A stretch of DNA of 13,885 bases from Pseudobacteriovorax sp. (GTDB taxonomy: Bacteria; Bdellovibrionota_B; Oligoflexia; Oligoflexales; Oligoflexaceae): the NCBI GenBank assembly GCA_050293845.1, contig JBNKNM010000150.1, forward strand, positions 1 to 13,885. The letters are read 5' to 3'. Position 1 is the first letter of the stretch. Every line of letters begins with the position of its first letter. Shown here piece after piece: positions 7,992 through 13,885 of the stretch. The notes below the pieces were generated by a model. That model made no database searches and was not told the origin of the DNA. It saw only the letters and a program-made list of their open reading frames with translations. A program made the translations under genes and the position numbers.

Positions 7992-8420
7992 TTACCAGTC
8001 AACCTTCCAATAAACCAAAATAGATTTACCGCTCATGGTTGAAGAAATCGCCTTAAAATCCATATCTTTAAGTGATAGCTCAGCGCAAACGGGAAGTTCT
8101 TGACCAATTGCTTTGATATGGCTCAAGCTTCCATTTTTTTCTAAAGTTGCGGTTAAAGAAACGGAAAAGGGGCTGGCTCTCCAGCGACGCAAGCATGGCT
8201 CTAAACTGATCTTTGATTGACGTTTAAATATAACCATAAATCGATCTTTGTCGATACCGAGTAGATCCGATGTTGCCATTTGTTTTTTTTTCCACCGCTC
8301 CATGGGAGGATTTTGGGAAGATGCAAAGGGTTTTTTATGATTTCGTAGGCCTTTAGGTTCGTCCCCGATAATGCAGGCCCATAATATTCCCCAAATGAAT
8401 AAAATTAGTTTATAATTCAT
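7992..8420 (-). CDS. Small N-terminally anchored protein with a TonB-C / AgmX-PglI C-terminal-like domain (142 aa)
   Basis: Start re-called at ATG 8420, overlapping the upstream stop. Hydrophobic N-terminus, Pro/Lys linker, then helix with Cys (SLEPCLRRW), strand SVSLTATLEKNGSLSHI, helix with Cys (PVCAELSLKDMDF) and terminal strand ILVYWKVDW. Confidence 0.55.
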   Translation of the reverse strand: MNYKLILFIWGILWACIIGDEPKGLRNHKKPFASSQNPPMERWKKKQMATSDLLGIDKDRFMVIFKRQSKISLEPCLRRWRASPFSVSLTATLEKNGSLSHIKAIGQELPVCAELSLKDMDFKAISSTMSGKSILVYWKVDW

Positions 8421-10092
8421 CTTTGGTCCACACAATCCAATCGTTACTGTTATAACTTTTAGGAAATGCGACAAGAGGCATGAGAGGAGGAGACAGCGAG
8501 GAATCCCATTTAAAAGGTATGGAAATCTCTGCATTCTTATTAAGTTTTACCACACCTAAGTTTTGCACTCCCTGTAAAACCTGCTCCATACCTTGGCTTT
8601 CCTTAGTCTTCATCAACTTTAGGTAAAAATTATAGATTTTTTCTAATCGAGGAGTATGGTGATGTGATTTTAAACATTTTGCTACCAGACTTTGAAAAGG
8701 TTGCAACTTGATACGGTATTGATCCCTTAAACCTATGATGTGCGTCGTAATCTTTTCTATAAATCTAATATCAAAATGTCTCATTCGCTTTCGCGAACAC
8801 ATAATACTCAATAAATGATCTACATGCTGAAGATTGCGTTTTGCTAGTGATTCGAGGATATGAAGATGATGATTGTGGCGTCTTTTGTAGCGGTAAGATT
8901 CTTTAGTAAAATTTAATAAATTATGGAAAGCAAGCTGGTCACCAGTGAGAGCAAGTTCAATTAACATTTCTTCTGCCAACTTGTTCCAAGTGTGCCTGGG
9001 TAGTGACTTGCGAACAACACCTGCTAACACTTTTTCAAAGCGATACTCGATTAAGATGTCATGTGCTATTTTAGTAGCTGATGCAATAATAGGATTATTG
9101 TTCTGTGCTTCATTTAACAACAGCAATCTGCGAATAATGTTTAATGCATCAAGAAATTTACCGCTTTGATAAGCCATTGATGCTTGCTCGTGAAGCGTAA
9201 AATCACGAAAATTATCAATTTTAACCAAGTGGTTAATTAATTTAGATTTATTCTCAAATGAGATTTGATTATAATTTATTAACCCTAACCACTGGGCTGA
9301 TAAAATATGATGGGAATTTAAAATAATACTTAAAATAAACTGAAAAGGTTTACTACCCGGTGCATAAGGAGGAGGATTAATAAATGATTCGTTTATGAGT
9401 TGTTCCCATAAAAAAACTTGCTCTTCAAACTTGAGAAAATTCCAGTGACTTAACTTTAGTGGGATAAACTTTCTTAGTATGTTGTGCCTTAATTCTTTTA
9501 AATCTTTATTTTCCCGTGTCAGCCATAATATTCTTATATATACTGATTCTTCGTAGCTGATAGGTAATCTCTTAGGGTGGCGGTACCATTCTATTAAATG
9601 TTCAAGTTCATAATCTTTCGCACTTTTATGATTTCTTAGGCGACTGCTTAACCAGTAACAACCTTGTTGTTGTAGTAATTGTGTTTCTGCTATTTCATCA
9701 AGATAAGGTAGTAAATTACTATTGAAGTGGTATTGCTTTTCTTTATTGGGATGGTAGAAATACGGATCATTATTGTATGGTCTGTGTTGAAACTGCAGGT
9801 GATATCGATAGATATATGCAGAAAGTAATAGGTCAAAAGGAATATCTTCAGTATCAATGAGTGGGCAGGAACGAGCCATAGCCATGGTTAAGTGGGAAAG
9901 ATAGTTTTGATGAGATAGATTGATTTTAAGGCGTTGACTTAAAATAAGAAGGCGCCAGGCTTCATTAGGGTTGCTTTGTAATATGTGGTATTTTATTCCA
10001 TTTTTAATACGGGTTTCTATGGTAGCTTTACTCTGCCCAGCAAGCAGTAGTGCTATAATACTACAAAAGAACCAACTACGAATTGCATCCAA
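8410..10092 (-). CDS. Exported, largely alpha-helical (TPR-like) hypothetical protein, 560 aa
   Basis: Signal peptide MDAIRSWFFCSIIALLLAGQSKA, amphipathic helical repeats, and a TPR-like segment HEQASMAYQSGKFLDALNIIRRLL. Overlaps both neighbours. Confidence 0.7.
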   Translation of the reverse strand: MDAIRSWFFCSIIALLLAGQSKATIETRIKNGIKYHILQSNPNEAWRLLILSQRLKINLSHQNYLSHLTMAMARSCPLIDTEDIPFDLLLSAYIYRYHLQFQHRPYNNDPYFYHPNKEKQYHFNSNLLPYLDEIAETQLLQQQGCYWLSSRLRNHKSAKDYELEHLIEWYRHPKRLPISYEESVYIRILWLTRENKDLKELRHNILRKFIPLKLSHWNFLKFEEQVFLWEQLINESFINPPPYAPGSKPFQFILSIILNSHHILSAQWLGLINYNQISFENKSKLINHLVKIDNFRDFTLHEQASMAYQSGKFLDALNIIRRLLLLNEAQNNNPIIASATKIAHDILIEYRFEKVLAGVVRKSLPRHTWNKLAEEMLIELALTGDQLAFHNLLNFTKESYRYKRRHNHHLHILESLAKRNLQHVDHLLSIMCSRKRMRHFDIRFIEKITTHIIGLRDQYRIKLQPFQSLVAKCLKSHHHTPRLEKIYNFYLKLMKTKESQGMEQVLQGVQNLGVVKLNKNAEISIPFKWDSSLSPPLMPLVAFPKSYNSNDWIVWTKDEL

Positions 10093-10760
10093 TATTTTAA
10101 CCGTCCTTCACTGTTAATAGGGATTCCAAGCGATGGTTCGAAAGTTAAACCGTAAGAATTTGGTAAGTATAAGTTCCACTTTAACCCAAGTTCTAAAGTG
10201 AATCGTGGCGTCATCGGATCTTGTCCGGGAAAACGAGCTATAGATTCTTTAATGGCGAGAGTTGTCCGATTCAAGTAGTGATTATAGGATATTCCTGCAA
10301 AGCCGAATAATGCAAATTCTATGTCACTTATTGTGGGACTTAAGCGTGTTATCGCACGACCTTCCATGATACTCAGCAAACCTTGAAAAGATAGTTGATA
10401 TCGGTTGGTTCCAGAGCGCTGTTTAAAGGGGGTTCGTCCAACAAGGTTTGATGATGGGGTCGGCCAGTAATTGACTCGTGCTAAGGCTATGCGATAAGAG
10501 AAGCCATTAGGATTTAAAAAAATGAAACCTATACCTGAAATATTGTTTTCAAAATTATTTTGCTCATCTAAATAGCCATATATCAGGTCAATTTCGTAGT
10601 CATCGACGCGCCAATCATATTGATGCTTTGAAGTAGTTTTTTGTATGACATCTTTTAATATAGAAATGCTTGAAAACTGCTTTTTCAAATCAACTTCTGC
10701 AAACAATAAGTTATGATATAGTATCACCATTATGATTGGTAGTATGTGCTGTACTTTCAT
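10053..10760 (-). CDS. Predicted outer-membrane beta-barrel protein (235 aa)
   Basis: Start re-called at ATG 10760 (ATGA overlap with the upstream stop). Signal peptide ending LLFA; alternating-hydrophobic strands YEIDLIYGY, SGIGFIF, FSYRIALARV, YQLSFQGLL, FALFGFAGISY, FTLELGLKWNLY, YGLTFEP, WMQFVVG. Confidence 0.65.
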   Translation of the reverse strand: MKVQHILPIIMVILYHNLLFAEVDLKKQFSSISILKDVIQKTTSKHQYDWRVDDYEIDLIYGYLDEQNNFENNISGIGFIFLNPNGFSYRIALARVNYWPTPSSNLVGRTPFKQRSGTNRYQLSFQGLLSIMEGRAITRLSPTISDIEFALFGFAGISYNHYLNRTTLAIKESIARFPGQDPMTPRFTLELGLKWNLYLPNSYGLTFEPSLGIPINSEGRLKYWMQFVVGSFVVL

Positions 10761-12781
10761 AGCTCGTTCCATATAGGGTATATAGAAGAGGGACATACTG
10801 CTGTGCTTTGACTAACCCAACGGGATCTTAATTGGTATGCTCCTGTTTCATCATAATAGGGATGGTCACAATATTGTGTACACTTCTGCGTTAAACTTCC
10901 AAAATCCCAATTCTCCGTTAACCAAATTTCATCCCCTAAAGTTTGTAGAGCCGAAGCTCCTTGAGAAAAGGGAATCACGCTTACAATTTCTCCTGTAAGA
11001 CTAGTGTCGTAGTCGATAGCTGCCCAATAGGGGAAGCTCCAGGAGATGCCAATGAGATATTCATCCTCTGCATTGTTACTTAACCACGCTTCGTTGATCG
11101 TCTGATTATCGTAGAGAGTCCCCGATTTTCCCTCTGATACACGACGAAATCTGAAGGGGAGATCCGTGTAACTGCAGAATCTAGCACGTTCCCCTGAGCT
11201 AATCGTATAGCGTACCCCTTGAAAGTATGTAATCCTATTGCTGTCATCAATTTCAGTATTGGCATCAATAGGGACACTTTGCATGATCAATTTAGGGTTT
11301 CGTGCTAAACCTTCATCATTATATGTATTAACATATTCATTGTAGGCATCAAGAGATGGTAGAGGTCCTAAGGGAGCGACAAAGTTAATGACTTGAAGAT
11401 CAAGATCTACAGAACCAAATATGGTACAATTTTCTTCAGCAAGAGGTATATTCAGAGTATCCTGACTAAGAAGCTGTTGAGGGCACCATATGATGTAGCT
11501 TTGTTGCATGAAATTAGGTAGAAAGTTACCAATGGAATCATAAACAAAAGACCCTACTAAGCGCGGTGATGTGTAACTAGTCTCTAGTTGAGCTAATTCA
11601 TAAAGAGTTTGTGCCATTGATTCTTGTTTGGTAAAAAATTCAGTTGATAGTTGGTGATGAAAGAGAACCACAAATGCAAGATCAAGATTCAGTGGATTAT
11701 TTAATTTAGCTGTATTTAACTTAGACTCAGCAATAACTCTAAAGTCATAAGCAAACTGCGTATCATCCAAAGAGTAAAAGCATAAATCTACTTCGAATGG
11801 CGTACCGAGTATGAATTTTTGATAATTAAAAAAGCGATCATCATAGATGAGGTTATAGTTGATATCATCTTCACATGCTTTGATAATAATAGGGATTTGT
11901 AGAATCTCCTGGAGTGGTGTTGTGAGCACTTGACTACCTGTTGAAATAATAGGATTTCTTAAAGCTATTCCTTGTACGCCGCTCAAAAGCACACTTTGAT
12001 TTTGATCTAAAAAATCCATTAAAAAGCAAAAACCATTCTTTGGATCAGAGGAAGGAAAGATGTCTTGGAGCCAGCTAGTATGATCAGAGATCGTGACGGC
12101 TTGGTTTAATACTGGTACCGTATTGCAGAGGGAGGATGGAAAAACGATATTGTTGCCGCCAGTAGTAGCCCTGTCTTGTTCGACTGATGATAGGGGCAAG
12201 TTTGCTAAAGTTCCGTTGGTAACACGGAAGTTACGCTCCATGCCGTACCTAGATATCTCAGATGTAGAAAGGTCTCCAAAATTATCGACGACCTGAATTC
12301 GTATGTGCTCATTTATTTCGTCAAAACTGCCATAGGCAAGAGCACTAAAGGAACTAAACAATTCAGTGCTACGATGATTTGAAACAATCATTTCTTTTTC
12401 AATCGCAAATCCTGAAGCGTTATCATAGCGAAAGCGCAATGTAGCTCTGTTTAGTGGATAATCTAGAGAAAAACTGTAACTTCCGCAAATTTTGTATTCA
12501 CCACAGTCTACAAGACGGTGGAGATGTACACCCTGAGAAAAGTCAATATTGCTGATTTCTGTAAGTTGAATACCTCCGTCTAAGGTTTCATGGCTATATG
12601 ATAGATCCCATCTGGGATCAATTAATCTTGCTTTTTTCTCTGCAAGACTAAAAAAAATATACGCTGTCTTTTCATTTTCAAACCAATGAATATTGGCAAA
12701 GCTGATTGATCCATAGTCTAAATCAAGGGGAACTTTTCCACAATTTATAAGGAATAGACTAAATAAAATGATAAGCTTCAT
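10757..12781 (-). CDS. Large cysteine-rich predicted lipoprotein, 674 aa, function unknown
   Basis: Short signal MKLIILFSLFLIN-C with Cys14 as the likely lipidation site, 12 further Cys, beta-rich acidic sequence, and ATGA overlaps at both ends. Confidence 0.75.
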   Translation of the reverse strand: MKLIILFSLFLINCGKVPLDLDYGSISFANIHWFENEKTAYIFFSLAEKKARLIDPRWDLSYSHETLDGGIQLTEISNIDFSQGVHLHRLVDCGEYKICGSYSFSLDYPLNRATLRFRYDNASGFAIEKEMIVSNHRSTELFSSFSALAYGSFDEINEHIRIQVVDNFGDLSTSEISRYGMERNFRVTNGTLANLPLSSVEQDRATTGGNNIVFPSSLCNTVPVLNQAVTISDHTSWLQDIFPSSDPKNGFCFLMDFLDQNQSVLLSGVQGIALRNPIISTGSQVLTTPLQEILQIPIIIKACEDDINYNLIYDDRFFNYQKFILGTPFEVDLCFYSLDDTQFAYDFRVIAESKLNTAKLNNPLNLDLAFVVLFHHQLSTEFFTKQESMAQTLYELAQLETSYTSPRLVGSFVYDSIGNFLPNFMQQSYIIWCPQQLLSQDTLNIPLAEENCTIFGSVDLDLQVINFVAPLGPLPSLDAYNEYVNTYNDEGLARNPKLIMQSVPIDANTEIDDSNRITYFQGVRYTISSGERARFCSYTDLPFRFRRVSEGKSGTLYDNQTINEAWLSNNAEDEYLIGISWSFPYWAAIDYDTSLTGEIVSVIPFSQGASALQTLGDEIWLTENWDFGSLTQKCTQYCDHPYYDETGAYQLRSRWVSQSTAVCPSSIYPIWNEL

Positions 12782-13500
12782 GGGATGACCCCCATAAAAT
12801 TTGACGTATCATTTACAATGATTTCATTACGGCTATTGATTCCCTCTTCTGTGGGATCAATTATACGAATAAACGTACCATCATGTGTCGAAGGCTTGTT
12901 CAATAGCTTTCTCCATTCTTGAATAAATCCGGTTTTTTGTTGATCTATAACGAAATGATGGTAGGAGCGAGCATCGATACCGCGATTTTTAAACTCTTTC
13001 CAGGCAAACCAGTCATCTTCAAAAGTGGCTATATTTTGGGATTGCTCTGCATTTCCCCAGAAAATAGCTTTAATATGGAGAATAGGTAAATTTCCTTCCA
13101 ATTCAGGAGCATTGTCATCGCTACCCCACGGATTTGATGAATTAGCCATGGTTTGAATAACATTAGTGTTTAGGCAGTTTTCTGTTGATATGATAATATC
13201 ATTTTGTACAAATTTGATTGTTCTCTGGCTTAGACTAGTCGCCATTGTTATGTTTCTTAAATCCCATTCGCGCTCTCGATAAGTAGCTGTTGCGCTATTG
13301 GTAAAACATCCCGTGTTATGAATGGCATCATCACTAAGATATATCGCTTGGTATAGAATATAATCAAATTCGGATATAGATTCCTCTGGCTGATCAATCG
13401 AATCAGGGGTATCTTGATCCAATGGGCTAAAACCCTCATAGCAACTTTGAAAAATCATAAAAAATATTAGCAAAGTATTAATTTTTAAGAATTTTTTCAT
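12778..13500 (-). CDS. Predicted lipoprotein, 240 aa, function unknown
   Basis: MKKFLKINTLLIFFMIFQS-C lipoprotein signal, acidic Pro/Asp linker after the Cys, two more Cys, and a strong AAGGAG Shine-Dalgarno at 13505-13510 (minus strand). Confidence 0.8.
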   Translation of the reverse strand: MKKFLKINTLLIFFMIFQSCYEGFSPLDQDTPDSIDQPEESISEFDYILYQAIYLSDDAIHNTGCFTNSATATYREREWDLRNITMATSLSQRTIKFVQNDIIISTENCLNTNVIQTMANSSNPWGSDDNAPELEGNLPILHIKAIFWGNAEQSQNIATFEDDWFAWKEFKNRGIDARSYHHFVIDQQKTGFIQEWRKLLNKPSTHDGTFIRIIDPTEEGINSRNEIIVNDTSNFMGVIP

Positions 13501-13885
13501 TAATCTCCTTCAAATTAAGATGCTGAAAGCGATTTTTGTTTTGTAAAAATACTTTAATCTTACGTTTAGCTCGATCAACCAGGCTTTGATCTTGCAATAT
13601 CTGAGGAGTTTGAAATTCTTGAATGTGCTCTTTTAATCTAGGGTTTAATTGTTGCAGGATTTCGCTACCCCAGATAAATTGCCCCAAATATGCTGCTGAT
13701 TCTTCAGGAGTTAGGGCTAAAAAAGTATCTGTAAGAATGGGGTTCGGTAGCATCCTAATGGATTCATCCAAAAAAATATGCCCGGCTAAGTAGTTCACGA
13801 TGTTAGGGTCTTGGGCTAAGATATGATTGATAAAATCCTGTCTATGATTATCTTTAAGTGAATTTATAACATCTCCATAGATTTG
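13478..13885 (-). CDS. 3' part of a gene running off the window; C-terminus resembles the FliG C-terminal domain
   Basis: The frame is open from 13885 (29 extra codons, QIYGDVINSLKDNHRQDFINHILAQDPNI, before the listed GTG). The pattern QDPNIVNYLAGHIFLDESIRMLPNPIL...AAYL...EILQQLNPRLKEHIQE...DQSLVDRAKRKIKVFL...LNL follows the FliG-C helix pattern (DP.LA..I...MF.FEDL..L.D..I...LA.AL...IL.NMS.R....I.EE...V..AQ..I). Confidence 0.55.
   Translation of the reverse strand, partial: QIYGDVINSLKDNHRQDFINHILAQDPNIVNYLAGHIFLDESIRMLPNPILTDTFLALTPEESAAYLGQFIWGSEILQQLNPRLKEHIQEFQTPQILQDQSLVDRAKRKIKVFLQNKNRFQHLNLKEINEKILKN

Noticed and set aside
8421..8534. N-terminal extension of the 7992..8534 ORF
   Set aside because: It lies inside the 560-aa gene; ATG 8420 gives a coupled start followed directly by a hydrophobic anchor.
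144..13439. Short ORFs nested in or antisense to the main genes (e.g. 144..401, 1001..1195, 2424..2693, 4339..4590, 6464..6655, 8945..9169, 12093..12296, 13257..13439)
   Set aside because: Shadow frames of well-supported longer CDSs, with no independent motifs.
7992..13885. Calling the right-hand operon an anti-phage defence system, prophage or canonical glt/tol/flagellar operon
   Set aside because: No nuclease, NTPase or phage structural motifs are visible, most products are exported, and I cannot assign true orthology to named glt, tol or fli genes, so no gene symbols were given.

Overview
Bacterial chromosomal window. Its gene content and protein styles suggest a predatory or gliding deltaproteobacterium-like lineage (Oligoflexia/Bdellovibrionota); this is inference only. 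From left to right: (1) the first 76 nt on the minus strand form the 5' domain of a HEARO/omega-RNA (IscB/IsrB-type IS200/IS605 element end), and the rest of the element lies outside the window; (2) a DUF2721-like membrane protein divergent from a RecQ helicase; (3) a signalling neighbourhood with a 7TM-DISM receptor fused to HPt and a CheA-like ATPase, a beta-carbonic anhydrase and a two-receiver response regulator, with sigma-28-like promoter motifs ahead of both signalling genes; (4) a tightly overlapping minus-strand operon of at least six uncharacterised genes. These read as a FliG-C-like protein (truncated by the window), two lipoproteins, a predicted outer-membrane beta-barrel, an exported helical protein and a membrane-anchored TonB-C/AgmX-like protein, making the operon a candidate undescribed envelope-spanning, possibly energised, machine. 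All family calls are by-eye motif recognition; no searches were run.
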